Part shown: piece by piece, positions 12,220 through 25,858 of the stretch
Position numbering within the stretch: the stretch's first letter is position 1
How the letters are laid out: each line of letters begins with the position of its first letter
From: Anthoceros angustus
Taxonomy: Eukaryota; Plantae; Anthocerotophyta
Length of the DNA stretch: 64,000 bases
Assembly (NCBI GenBank): GCA_010909165.1
Contig: VJWM01000226.1
Span: 1-64,000, forward strand
Direction: 5' to 3'
The notes under the pieces: generated by a model
Seen by the model: only the letters and a program-made list of their open reading frames with translations
Databases searched by the model: none
Told to the model about the DNA's origin: nothing
Position numbers and translations under genes: made by a program

Positions 12220-13767
12220 CTGAGAGGAGTCTCAGCCCACATGGACATCCAGTTTTTTTGCCAAGGAGATGGCAGGGAGATCGATTAAGCCAGGTCATAG
12301 CGCTACACTTGGTCCAAGGAACATGCGCACCCATCGACCTTCAAGACTTGAGTCAAACACAGGGGCCCCAGAAGAAGAAGGAGAAAGATGGCAAAAAGGT
12401 CCGGAAAACCCTAAGAACCCAGACGGGAGAGACGTGCGAAGACCAAACAGCATAATATTTGAAGCGGCTGAATATACATGAAGCGGCTACAGTAGTCTAT
12501 ATACGTGGATCCGGGTTTAAGATGGTTATCAAAACGGCATGTTTGGGATTAGGCGGCACGGCGAAAATAAGGGTGAACATCACGTCGAGACACGGTTGTG
12601 CCATCCACGATCGAAAAGCGGTGCTCTCTCCACGGCTTATCATGCGTTTCGTAGAAAAGTACCATGTTCTCTCCCCTCATTGCGGGGAAAAAAGCTGATC
12701 GTTCGAGTTTCGGTGGCTTGTGTTGCAATCATTGTGGCCAGAGCAAAATCATTGCATTTAAAATCACATGGAGACATATGGAACAACTATGGTATGGGTT
12801 TTGTAGAGGTTGTCATATCACCGAAAATGTATCGGCGATTGTTGGGTGTGGCATGCGGCGTCTTTACCGAGGCTCTACGGGCGCATGGCAGCGGATATGT
12901 GTCTATGTTATCGAATGGCGGAAACTAACACGGTGTAGGAGCATATGGCGTCTAGAGGGTGGAAAGTGGAGCACAAGCGATCCATGTCCACCATCACCGA
13001 TTCTTGTCTATAACGGCAAATGTTATGACTAGTGCAATTGTGTAATGAAAGCGTATTGCGCCCGTGTATTGACATGACAAAACATGGTAGAGCTACAAGG
13101 TGACATTTAAGATGTACTCATCGCCGGCATGGTGGTCTGCATGTCTTAAAAACAATGTATGACAAGAACATGAAACTTATGTGACAACTGGTGTCCGAAT
13201 TTCAAACCCTATGCCATGAAAGAAATTAGGGATAAACATAAGGTTCCCTTGTTATTTGATGCTTAGCACATGTCATTACTCTTCGAATCGAGACCCTCGT
13301 CCCGTCCACAGGCCTCATCTCCATCTTCATCACTCTCCATTGCCTCATCCAAGTGTTTGGTTGAATGTGAGGACGAGCGCACTCAACTTTTCCTTTATAG
13401 CTTTCTTATCTGCTGCGTGAGATGTTTCTGAAGTAGTGAAACCGTAGTATATAATAATGGTTTTACAAAACCTTTTGGATGTTGGGGGCCCTTTCACTTT
13501 CCGACCTTTTTTGGTGGTCCATTGTCGATTTCATCCTTTGAAAAATTCTCCAACATACTTGCCTCATAAGCATCCGTGTGCTCGATTCGCCACCGGTGCA
13601 CAATGTTCGATGGCCCAAGGTGCACACTTACAACCTTCGCTACCAGGCAGCCCTATTGTGTGTCACCCTCGCATGGTGTCCAATAAACATTCCTTTACGT
13701 ATCTCCATAATATCGCCATCCATCCTTCTTGCCACCTCTTCTTGGCGTTCAATAGTTTGGTAGGCCC

Positions 13768-16700
13768 CTAGATACATGTCACTGTGTGGTATGTCACGCA
13801 AAGAGCCTCGTCGATCTGACTTCTTGGTATGTGCAAAGGGGACTCGGGCTTCAGCGTGAGCCCTATCGTACCATCTCCGGGGTTTTGCAGAACAAGCCCA
13901 ATGTTATGATCCACAATATTTGCGATTTCGTGTTGATCATTCCAGAAATCCATCCACCATTCTTCCTCCACAGCAGTCAAATATGTTGGTAGCTTCATTC
14001 AAGTGATCCACGCCTTCACGTGCGGTCAAACCCCCATCACTAGCTTTCTTGTCCTTCGCCCGCAATGCCATCAAAGGAGCGGGCTCGATGATGATATGGA
14101 ACAAAAGTCAAGAATTCGAGCCCATCTTGATTCCCACAAGGGGAAGTGGAGTATTGCTGCGAATAACGGTAACCTTTCCCGCCCAACTTTGTCCTCATGG
14201 TGATTTTGGTGTCTGAAATGAAAGGTTGTTCAACTTCGACAGGTATACTTAGGTTCACTAATTGTAATGGCCATACGTATGTCAGGAAGTCACCACCTCA
14301 TCAACACTTTCACCTCTGGATTCGGCGTGAACGAAGACTTCAATATGTCCTCCATAGTTGGCAATGACCGGGCCTCCTTATGTTTTAAATGCTTAGAGAA
14401 ACAAGAAAACATTTGATCCTTGGTAGGAGCGCTTGTGGTAGTGGGCCATATTTTCTAGACACTGGAGAGGAGTGAGCTGTGGTGATCCGCAGCTGGATGT
14501 ATAAGAGACCCTTTTTGTGTCTCTCTTAATAGACAATTTCAGGTGTGAACTTCCGTGTGTCGAATCTGCACACGAGGTTGGTTGGAGACGTCTGATCAAC
14601 AACGGACCGATTCGGTACACCGCCTTCTCGTCACAAGAAGGCCGGGGAGATCCCTGGGTGGTCGAGAGCGGAGTGGCCAAGCTCCACGTCTGGGGCAGTT
14701 AGCGGTGAGGGATGCCCGGTGCATGCTAGGAAGGGGCAGGAATTTCCGCGGAAGGCTGGGGTGAGACTGTTGCTGAGCGAATCGCCCGAGTACTGACCAG
14801 TGTTTTTTTCTGCCTCTTCTTCCCAAACCGCTGTCCAACCGGAACGTGTTCATCCCATGAAGGAGGGTCTGTGTGGCCCAAGGTGAGGTCTGTGTGGCCT
14901 GAGAGAGAGAGGGGTTTTATTTGTGCGCGGTGGAGTGAGAGGGCCTTGGAAGGTGTGGATGAGTGTGTCGCTGTAGGAGGGTGCGTGAGTGTTTGGAAAA
15001 CACGTAACGATAGGAAAAGGGTGAGAGTGAATTGTGAAATCAAAGCGAGCCAGGGACGGAGTGAGGCACCGCGGCGTGCGTGGCCATGGTACATAACCAC
15101 CAGGAAGTTCCGGGTGCGAATACCCCTGAGTGTGACTTAGAGTACGAGCAAACCTGTGTGTGCGTGTGACCATAACCCTTAAGGACCGCGCCAGAGGAAC
15201 CGGGTGTCAAGTAGTCGGTCGCGACGCCCCGCCAAAGTGGTTGAATCAGCCACTGCGGTGGCTGAACTTCCCACGGCGGTGGCCGAACTTACCACGGTGG
15301 TGGGTTCGGACATGGTAGCTGGTTATGGCTGAGTAAGGATTGATTGTAGTAGGACTAGAATCCATAGTTAGAACATCTTGACACAAAACCATTCCCTTGG
15401 GATCGAATCCTAGGACTATAACGACATAGAGAGTAAATGTGGCCTCCTTGCGTCTTTGGACGCAAAAACCCATTCCACACTCCTTCAAGTCCTTTGGCCA
15501 CCTCAAAATATGCAGCAGAGATGTTTTTTTCTGGTCCATGCCGTCGATAGATAACAACATATATTTTATGCTCCTTGTATGCGACTTGACCGATGTCATT
15601 AACTTCTTCCGTTCCTCCATCAATCGTATCCGATGCTTGTTGAGTGCCTCTTGATACATAGCTGTATGTCATGGAACACCATTGTCAGACTTGTGGACAC
15701 CGAAATTCAATATCTTTGAGGACAGCACACTTATTTGGGAAGACTGAAGTGACATGTATTGAAACTGAGATCAGAAACTAGGACATAGGCATACTGCTGC
15801 CTATTATTCCACAGTCCAAATGCATAGTGACGATGCATACATACAATCGCGACGCGCAAGAAGTCAATGTTACGGCAAGTACCCAAACCATGGATTCTGA
15901 CCACCGGGCGGCATCGACATGCCCCTTCCAAGCGCCGGTGAACCTCCAAAGCGGCTTGGAGGCAGGGCATCTTGAGGCACACCGAGTGCCGAGAGGCGCA
16001 AGCGCTCTCTTACAGCACAAAAGCACCTGTAGTTCACCGCTGCGATTGCATTGGGGGAGCATCGCCACCTATCCATCCACTCCACATGAGGCGCGGCATG
16101 CCGCGCTGTGGAGTGGATGGCCAGCCTCAACCCTCTCCGCCACAATGAGGCGCCGGCCTGCCGGCGCACCGCCATTGGGTGCAAGGCCATCCGGAGCCCT
16201 CCACGGCACAAAAAGGCGCCCGGCCTACCGGCGCCAGTTTATCCGAGGCGGCGCCATGCGATGCCCGCCACTGCAGAACATTATGGTGCCGCCATGCGGC
16301 TCCTTTTTCTCTGCGGTGGAGGGCTCCGACCGCGCCGTACCGCGGCAACGTGTCGGCGCCGCAGCGGCTCGACGTCACCGCCCGCCACGGTACACGCGAG
16401 GCTCGTCATCCTGCTAACTCCCTTCATTACTCCACATGCTTCTCCGCCATGCATACAGACAGACCGCAATAGCTGGGGAGGAGGCCTACCTTGGTCAATT
16501 CCGGCATCGGTGCTCCGTATGTTGAGCTTCAGCCCCGCGCATATGGAACAAGTTGAGAATCTGTTTGACTTGGGTATCTTCACCCGCTTGAAATTCTGAC
16601 CCCACAGCCGCAAGAAATATGCATACGACACAAAGCATTCACCTTTCGACTCCATTCCACTCCTGTATTGCATCCAAACCTCATGCTTCGTGAAAGTGTC

Positions 16701-16913
16701 TAGTAGATTGTATACCTCCACATTCGGTAGTCGCTCGGCCAAGTGAAGGAAAATGGCATGCATCCAGGCAATTGCAGCCAAAGCATGGGAGGATTGTACA
16801 CGAGGGCTGGCCTTATTAGCGTCCCATGGTGCATTCAAAATAACTCTCCGCTTCAACTCCTCGTACCTTGCGGACCCTATGCAGTATACACGTCTGAAGC
16901 GGGACAACGACAC
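13768..16913 (-). pseudogene. Sola-like (DUF7869-type) DDE transposase remnant with one predicted intron, interrupted by a solo LTR
   Basis: Motifs in the expected order: FLRLWGQNFKRVKIPKSNRFSTCSIC, ER..., LSIDGMDQKKTSL..PK, then after the LTR DQMFSCFSKHL..KSSFTPNPEV, and WWMDFW. Predicted GT-AG intron 16489-15662 joins in frame (GAC CAA G|CT ATG TAT). Confidence 0.65.
14421..15479 (-). mobile_element. Solo LTR (1059 bp)
   Basis: TG...CA termini; flanks ATCCT (14416-14420) and CTCCT (15480-15484), a 4/5 TSD match. Homologous, inverted, to 27684-28883. Confidence 0.75.
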
Positions 16914-18671
16914 TAGCAGCGCTGCTATCTGGCCGAACTTGCATCGTCGTGGACTTGGACAAACGATGTGCGGAATTCATTGCCCAAAGGATACATGGGT
17001 ATGAGGTACTTCCAGACGCTGAGGAGGAATTGAATCATGAGCCAAGCGCGCGAGGACTGCCCAGTGCAGGCAAAGGAATTAAGCTTGTCGAGAAGGGTCA
17101 CAAGCAGTCGTACCTTTGGGGTTGAACAGATGAAAGAGAAAGCAGGGCAAATCCTTGATGACGGAGAGAACTACGAAGCGCGTGTAGCATCAGGACTACA
17201 AACGGCGATTCCTCCCGGACTTTTGGATGTGGAGAATGCCATGCAGGAGAACGACAACTTCGAGGACCCCGACCACGCCCTTCTCAGAAATTTCGATGTT
17301 GTGTTGGATAGCGTATCTGGGCAATGCCCACCCGAGACTCAAGCTGCTGGCAAAGATTTTGGTAGTTAGGTTATTGGACATTTACTTTACTGCGTGGCTT
17401 GAAGCCTTTTAAAGGTGCCGCATGCCGCAAACATCCTCTTTAATCTTTTATTGCTTTTTAGTGCTGTGTATTGCTTTCCAAGTAGGTGTTAAAGCAATGA
17501 CAACTATGTGAATATCACCGCGAAGACCATTGGGGGCTTTCCGGCTTTTCGACCATAACCGTGTGCACTCGACGAGAAAAGTAGCTGATGCCGAAGGGAA
17601 GGGAAGGAATGAACCATCACCAAGAAAACCAAAACGTCTGAATCGCGGAATTCAGTGCCCACCAGGTTTTCCCGCAGTTGGTTTTTTTCTGCAGAAGCGG
17701 CTTTGTATATTCGGCCGCTTCAAATATTATGCTGTTACCAGAAGAAAGTGACCCTACTTGGGACAACCAACATCTGGAGACGTTTGGCTTCGGCGAATCC
17801 CAAGGTGGGGAAACGCCATATCTTCCTCTTGCTATTTACGATCCATAGCGGTGCGGAGAACGATGACGCCGTCGTCCGAGGACGGAAAGACAACATTCAC
17901 CAAACTAGCTAAAATATACACCATTGTCATGTTGGCTTTAGATGTAAGTGCGCGCACAAGTTTGTGCACAAATACCGTGTCCAGTCTGAAGGAAAAAGCT
18001 GATCGTGAATGAGACTATATGGTTTTCGCTCGTACTTCCGATGTACAATGTGACATATCGTGTATCGCAACAATAATTGAAATGTTTGCGGGTGACATGT
18101 CAGGGGAGAAATACCAAAAAGGCTGATTCCAGTGCGGATTTCCGACGTGTGTAAAAAGGGGTCCGGAAACGTCCGTGTGCCAAAAGGGGTTTTAGGAGAA
18201 ACCCCTTTCTAAAGAGGCAATAGTGACTGTAGCCTCCCACCCCTTCCTTCCGTCGCCTCGGAAAGGGCACCATATCAGGATCCATCTCCAATTCAATGTC
18301 ATTAAGCAAAATGGTCATTTCCCTTGTTCTCCTTGCAATGGCCTGAACCTCTGGTGGCTTGTCATACACTCCCTACCTTGACCGCTGTAGGAACTCAGGC
18401 ACAGAACCCCCACTATCGCGGACCGCCCACAGAGGCTGCATGGAAATCGTCCTCTTCAACCTCCCATACTCTGCCTCTTCTTCCGTTGGGAACCGCCCAT
18501 GCTGATTCTCAAACCTCACCACCCAGCTAGCACGCCCTCCCTTTCCCCACGGGTTTGGACCCATCCCCCCATTTTTTGCTAGCCTCTCTTTTGCTACAAT
18601 TTCGTACTTCGATAGCTCAAACTTCCCGTTCCTCTTCAGCTCCATCCGAGCCCATGCAAGGGCATCTTCCC

Positions 18672-18838
18672 TGTAATGGCAAGGAAAGCTGCCCCTCTGA
18701 GCTCGGGGCGTGTATTTAACATCCCAGGACTGTTACTCTAAACTTAGCATGTCACTCGGTGAGCTTGATCCTATCCACACCGTATCTTTCATACGTGTCT
18801 GTATATGTATCCTATACATATAATATTATATCATTACA
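18672..18838 (-). repeat. 3' LTR of chromovirus (167 bp)
   Basis: TGTAATG...CATTACA inverted termini; near-identical to 25859-26038. Confidence 0.95.
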
Positions 18839-18839
18839 A

Positions 18840-21800
18840 CTAATCCGGGGTGAAAAAGACTTGTCCAAGTCGGAAGAGGTGATCTTGAGTTGCATATCGG
18901 GCAAGAATGGCTGGGCAGTGGGTCAAAGAAGAAAGTGGCTCCCAAGTGGCTTCCGAAAGAGGATAGCCGCGCCATAAGACCAAAAAACAGAGGGAGCGAC
19001 GAACGTACTTGTGTTGGAGGATGGCCTCGACTTCATACTCAAGCGCTTGATCAACGAGCTCGGGAAGTGGTCCAGTTGGTGGCAGACCATGATACAGTTT
19101 GAGGAGAGCGGAATGAAAAACGTCATGAATATGCCAAGATTGGGGTAGTTGAAGGCGGTAGGCCGTGGCGCCGATTTTCTGGAGAATGGTAAAGGGTCCA
19201 ACCCATCGAGGTTGTAGCTTCCTGCTGCCCGGGAGGTGGAGATGGCGTGTGAGTACTAAGCGCCTGGTTGAAAATGTTGGTCCCTCCTGTGTGTGTTGGC
19301 GGCCTGGCGTTGCCGATTCTGAGCTTCTTGTAAATGGGAGCGGGCTTCCTGCAGGATGTCAGTATGACGTTTGAGCCAATCAGCAGCCGCTTGGGTCTGG
19401 AGGGAAGGGAGGGGTGGAGTCAACGTGGTACGCGGGTGACAAGCGTGAAGCATGTAAAATGGACTGTACCCAGTAGATAGGTTGGTGGTGTTGTTGTACG
19501 CAAATTCCACGATAGAGAGGTAATCTTCCCATTACATTGGCCAGGCGGCATAAGCACGTAGAGCTGTTTCCACGGATTGGTTCATGCGCTCCGCTTGTCC
19601 ATCTGACTCTGGGTGATACGCCGATGAAAAGGCGAGCTGAGTGCCCAAGGCATGATGCAAGTCTGTCCAAAAGTGGCTTAAGAACCGAGGGTCCCGATCA
19701 GAAATGATGGTTTCTGGAAGGCCGTGTAGTCTGTATACATGACTGAGATAAAGGTGCGCCGTGTCTGTGGCTGTGCAGGCATCTGTAGTGGGAGCCAAGT
19801 GCACCATCTTTGTGAGTCGGTCCACGAAGAGAAGAATAGCATTGTGGCCCTGGGGGGATACGGGAAGGCCCGTAATAAAGTCCATATGTATGACCTGCCA
19901 AGGCTTGTCCGGTATAGGTATGGGTTGGAGGAGTCCGGGTAGAAGTTGTGTGGTAGGTTTGGTCCTCTGACATGTGTCACAAAGGCGTACAGTGTTATGG
20001 ACATCCGCAACCATCCCAGGCCAATAATAATGACGTTGAAGAAGCATCAGAGTGCGGAGTCTACCAGGATGTGCTGCTGATGGTGGTGAGTGGGCTTCCT
20101 TGAGCAATTCTTTAGGTGAGGTGAGGGATGAAGAGTTGTGTTTTGTAAAACAGAAATCCATCTTGCCAAGACCAATGATCACTGTTCTGATCGCAGGGAT
20201 GCCGGAGTGCGACGGGGTCAGAAGGCAGTGCATTAAGAACATCCTGCAACCATGTTGGTCGATTGGTTGTCAATATTGCTGCCGTACTGACCCTGCTGAG
20301 GGCGTCAGCAACCTTGTTTTCTGCCCCTCGTTTATAGCCAATGTGAAAATGGAATTGTTGGAAGAACTCAAGCCACCGGGCTTGTTTTCGTGAAAGATGT
20401 GGTTGAGTCTGTAGGTAGCGTAGTGGGCTGTGATCAGTTTCTAATATAAAAGAGGTGCCCTCCACAAAGCACCGCCATTGTCGTAAGGCAAGAACCTGAG
20501 CAAGTGTCTCTTTTTCGTGTACTGAGTAGTTGAGCTCGGTCCTTTGAATTTGCGACTAAAAAAATTGGTTGTAGGCCCTTCCCAAAATCTTGTTGTAGGC
20601 TTACGATCGAGGCATCATAGCTATGACAAATGTCGCATATCTGGATGGGCGGTACGGGTCTTGGTAAGACATTGTTTCAAAGTTTGGAAGGCTGTCTCTT
20701 GCTGTTGTTCCCAAGTCCAAGGTGTAGTGGTTTTCAACAGGTCCGTCAAGGGAGTGGCAATATGGGCAAACCGGGCGATAAACTTCCTATAATATGACGC
20801 CAATCCAAGAAACGATTGGAGTTGGGTGACTGATATAGGTGTGGGCCAATCTGGATTGCACGAACCTTGAGAGGATCACTGAATTCCTGTCTTGACGACA
20901 TGGCCCAAATACTCAACTGTGTTGCCATGAATGCACATTTAGGTAATTTTCGTCTGATTTGGCTGAGGCGTCTTAATACCTCTCTATAATTACTTGTTCT
21001 TCTTTGGATGCGAGTAGATGAGAATATCATCCATGTAAACGAGGACGCCATGTTCAATAAGGTCAGAGAAAATATGGCTCATGAGGGTCTGGAAGGTTGC
21101 TGGGGCATTAGTCATGCCAAAGGGCATGACTAACCACTCAAAGTGCCCATACCTTGTATTGAATGCTGTTTTTTCCACATCTGTTTCTTGCATACGAATT
21201 TGATGGTAGCCTGATGCCAGATCGAGTTTGGAAAAATATGCTGATCCTGCAAGCTTTTCCAGCATCTCATCAATACGGGGTAAGGGAAAACAGTTGCGTT
21301 TGGTTATATTGTTGAGTGCTCTGTAGTCGATACACATCCGTAATGATCCGTCCTTCTTTTTAGCAAAAAGGATGGGTGCTCCGAACGGTGATTGGGAAGG
21401 TCTGATGTATCCCTTTTTCATAAGGACCTCCACTTGTTTCCTGGATTCCTCTATTTCCAGAGGGGACATTTTGAACACTGGTCGGGACGGAGGCTTATGC
21501 CACAGTAACAATTCCACACAATGTTGTATTTGTCGCATTGGGGCAATCCGGTGGCGGATCATGGACTAACACATCCTCATACTCATGCAATAATTTGGTG
21601 AGCTCGGGGTCTCTAATTTTTGCCGGTCGGTTCAGTTTTTGACAATGGACGGATCATACATAAACAAGCTTGGGTATCTTATGCGAGGAGATCTACACAT
21701 ATCTTTGCGTCGATAAACTTTTACCGTTGTTTCCCATCCTTGGCAAACAACACCACTTGTTTATTAACTGGTATGACAATGTTTTTTACACCGTCTATGG

Positions 21801-22190
21801 TTTGGATTGCCTTTATTCAACCAAGGCATACCTAGTATGCCATCACAACCGACATGCGCTTTGTAACAACAAAAGTGCGGTTTTCTACAGGCCCAACGGA
21901 ATGTAATGGCATGACACCTTGGCTCTCCGTTGTGTCCATCCGCATAATACATGTGTCCTCCTTCACCTACAAGAGAGACACAATTTTGAGTGGCAAACCG
22001 GGCTGAAAGGAAATCAGCTGTGGCCCCGGAGTCGATTAAAAAACTAGCAACCTTGTTATTGATCAAAGCATGGACACGCAACAAACTGCCTGACTTCAAT
22101 ACTCCTAGCGAAGATACACGGTTGCCATACGTGTTGTGCAACATCTTTATCTCGTATGGAGATGGAGTCTCCTCCAGCATCTTCAAGAGT
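18840..22190 (-). CDS. Gypsy pol (protease, RT, RNase H, integrase, chromodomain), with several frameshifts
   Basis: LIDSGAT protease; RT with CIDYRALN, KLDLASGYHQI, MPFGMTNAPATFQ, YMDD; RNase H ETDHSPL; integrase HPG..YYWP..CDTC, MDFITGLP, SDRDPRF, DGQAERMN; WVGPF; chromodomain EYEVEAIL..LVLWRGYPLSEATWEP; stop at 18842-18840. Confidence 0.92.
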
Positions 22191-23400
22191 TAACGTTTGC
22201 TTCTTTGTCTAGCTCTACATTCGGTTCTTGCATTCGTCCTCGTCCTTTGCCCATTGCGGCATTCATTTGCCCTATGGCCAAATCGGCCACATGAAAAGCG
22301 GCGTCCTTGAAAGCGGGTTGCGCCCAACTCCATTGGCACGCCTCGGACATTGTTCCGATGAGTCACCGTGTTGGTATTTGGTTGTCGGAAATCTCACCCA
22401 CGTTGTGGTACCCATGGTCCCATAAAATATGTGCACATACTGTGCATCCATTCGTTACGCTACGATGACATCCTCGTAATGAAGTCATATCGACTCTTGT
22501 TTCAACTTCTCCTGGTAACCCTCGTAGTCCACGTGCGTATCTATCAATCATCTCCTCCTCTGTGATCCCGGTATTCCCATTGTGATGTTAAGGAACTCGT
22601 CGATATCTGCAATCGTCCCATCTTTGCGTCGCTTAATAGCGGTCTCGCGCCAACTGAAGACTCCGTGGTGTAAATTGGTTTCGAGGCGACACCAAGCGAT
22701 CAAGAGTGACAATTGGAGGGTGATGCCTTCTCGATTGAGTTGTCTCCGTTGCCTGCAATCTTGTTCCTTCGAGGAATGTTACATTCTGACTACGCATAGA
22801 GGGTCGTACAAAGGACAACTCGAGATATCTTGCTCAACCCGGAAAACCCGGTTTTCAAATGTAGCGGTCTCGTGACCCTCAAAAGGTTTGGGTTTAGGAG
22901 GTTTTGCGGTACATGGTGTCGACCTCTCGGTGTCCGAGTATACCTTGGATTCGCTTGTGATGCCTCATGCCCGCCGGGGTTGAACTTCATTTCTTAATTC
23001 CTCCATCTGTTGATGTTGGAGTTGTTGATCTTTGAAGCATCCTTACCGTATTCGAAAAATGTGGTCGATGGGCTCGATCTCCAAGTGCTCCATATTTGGT
23101 TCGATTGCTCCATTCGCACTTCTGGTTTCCACCTCCTCGGAGATACCCACACCCTAATCGTTCGGCCAACTCTTGTTTGTGTTGTTCCCTCGCTGCTTGG
23201 TGTCATTGTGCCTCTCTGGGCTTGTTGTACCGCTTGTACTCGGACAGTTCCCCGCCTTGCAACCAAGTCTTGTTCCTCCACCGTCTTTGTAGGAATCCTC
23301 TTTGTGGGTCAAAAGATAGCATTCACGTTGTGCTCCTCAAAGAAGCGCTGGTGTGGGCACGTCACAGGTGCCCGCAGATCACCACGCCTCGGCTCAGCGT
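22190..23400 (-). CDS. Gypsy gag, frameshifted
   Basis: MIDRYARGL, VPMELG and a zinc knuckle (FSCGRFGHRANEC) at ~22250-22320. Confidence 0.75.
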
Positions 23401-25415
23401 GAGGTGGTGGAAAAAGCTTCCCCAATTCCAATGTCACGAGATTCCAAGCTAGCTTTTGGCCGATTGTCCACTCCTCCGACAACCGCAATCCTTTTGGAAT
23501 AATACCTCTATCACCAACCACCTTACAGGCGGTCCCTAATCTTGGCGGAGAGCGATGGTCCGGTCTATTTTCTCCCTCGGCCGCTTGAGTTTTGCCCGGC
23601 TATCCGTGCTTCATCTGCTTGGGAATTTCTATATCATATTGCGGACTAGCACATATGGGTCTCTCACCATCTACTATGACGTAATCAACCTTGCAAAGCT
23701 ATCACGAAGCTTATTTGGAGGTCTATGCGTAGTCTTCTAACAACACTTCTCCGATGGCTCTTGGCTTCGCAGATGTCTGGTTGCGCCTTCCAGAGACCCA
23801 ATGCGATTCAAGTTCGGACAGCGATAAGCTCCCGTTGTCTAAGAGTCCATGGGCTCGATCTCCAAGTGCTCCATATTTGGTTCGATTGCTCCATTCGCAC
23901 TTCTGGTTTCCACCTCCTCGGAGATACCCACACCCTAATCGTTCGGCCAACTCTTGTTTGTGTTGTTCCCTCTGCGTGGCTGCTTGGTGTCGCTGTGCCT
24001 CTCTACGGGCTTGTTGTACTGCTTGTACTCGGACCAGTTCCCCGCCTTGCAAGTCTTGTTCCTCCACGTCTGTAGGAATCCTCTTTGTGGGTCAAAAAGA
24101 TAACGTTCAGCGTCGTGCTCCTCAAAGAAGCGCACAATTGTGGGCACGTCCTGGGTGCCCGCAGATCGAAACCACGCCTCAGCTCCGCGTGAGGTGGTGG
24201 CGGCTTCCCCAATTCAAGCGAGATTCAAGCTAGCTTTTGGCGATTGTCCACTCCTCCGACAACGCAATCCTTTTGGAATAATACCTCTATCATCACCAAC
24301 CACCTTACAGGCGGTCCCTAATCTTGGCGGGGAGGCGATGGTCCGGTCTATTTTCTCCTGCATCGTGATTGTGAGTTTTGCCCGGCTATCCGTGCTTCAT
24401 CTGCAGGAATTTCTATATCATATTGCGGACTAGCACATATGGGTCTCTCACCATCTACTATGACGTAATCAACCTTGCAAAGCTATCACGAAGCTTATTT
24501 GGAGGTCTATGCGTAGTCTTCTAACAACACTTCTCCGATGGCTCTTGGCTTCGCAGATGTCTGGTTGCGCCTTCCAGAGACCCAATGCGATTCAAGTTCG
24601 GACAGCGATAAGCTCCCGTTGTCTAAGAGTCCATGGGCTCGATCTCCAAGTGCTCCATATTTGGTTCGATTGCTCCATTCGCACTTCTGGTTTCCACCTC
24701 CTCGGAGATACCCACACCCTAATCGTTCGGCCAACTCTTGTTTGTGTTGTTCCCTCTGCTTGGTGTCATTGTGCCTCTCTGGGCTTGTTGTACCGCTTGT
24801 ACTCGGACCAGTTCCCCGCCTTGCAAGTCTTGTTCCTCCACGTCTGTAGGAATCCTCTTTGTGGGTCAAAAGATAGCATTCAGCGTTGTGCTCCTCAAAG
24901 AAGCGCACAATTGTGGGCACGTCACAGGTGCCCATGAATCAAAACACGCCTCGGCTCAGCGTGAGGTGGTGGCGGCTTCCCCAATTCAAGCGAGATTCAA
25001 GCTAGCTTTTGGCGATTGTCCACTCCTCAGGCAACGCAATCCTTTTGGAATAATACCTCTATCATCACCAACCACCTTACAGGCGGTCCCTAATCTTGGC
25101 GGGGAGGCGATGGTCCGGTCTATTTTCTCCTGCATCGTGATTGTGAGTTTTGCCCGGCTATCCGTGCTTCATCTGCAGGAATTTCTATATCATATTGCGG
25201 ACTAGCACATATGGGTCTCTCACCATCTACTATGACGTAATCAACCTTGCAAAGCTATCACGAAGCTTATTTGGAGGTCTATGCGTAGTCTTCTAACAAC
25301 ACTTCTCCGATGGCTCTTGCTTCCATGATGTCAGTTGCGCCTTCAGGCCCAATGCCGATTCAAGTTCGGACACACAGGCGATAAGCTCCCTTGTCTAAGA
25401 GTCCATGGGCGCTCG
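23069..25415. repeat. Tandem triplication (~782-bp period) of the gag 5' region and leader
   Basis: GGGCTCGATCTCCAAGTGCTCC at ~23069, ~23850 and ~24635; TCTAAGAGTCCATGGG at ~23838, ~24622 and ~25395. Confidence 0.92.
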
Positions 25416-25843
25416 ATCGGTCGTTACTCGCGGGCATAGGAGACATCAACAATGCCCACATGAAAATACGCCCACGATAGATTTTGCCCAACCTGAGCAA
25501 CTTCTTAGCATGACGGGCGGAACATCTGAACTGGCTGCTTGCGAGGACTAGAAACCAAATCTGGTGTCTTCTTATCTCGGAAAAAGCACTCCCGTCCTGG
25601 TTGGCTAACGTCGGGGCTATCCATAACACCCGCTCCCTGAGGTTCCGATCTATCCCCCGCGACCAGTTGCATTTGCCACCACGCCTCGTGTCGCTTCCAA
25701 GTCCTATTGAGCTTTCCCACCGAGGGGGTTTTCCATGGCTAGGAGAGGTGTACACAACACCTATTCGATCCTCCACACCTTTCCCGCCAAACTTCACGAT
25801 CATTCGTGAGTCATCAAGCGCCACTCTCAAGTGCTGGTCAAAG

Positions 25844-25855
25844 GCTCTGATACCA
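25844..25855 (-). other. Primer-binding site (tRNA-iMet)
   Basis: TGGTATCAGAGC on the minus strand, 3 nt inside the 5' LTR. Confidence 0.95.
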
Positions 25856-25858
25856 AAA

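Noticed and set aside
12230-13450. Short ORFs (70-140 aa) as genes
   Set aside because: No motifs, no splice-consistent model and no second copy to test conservation.
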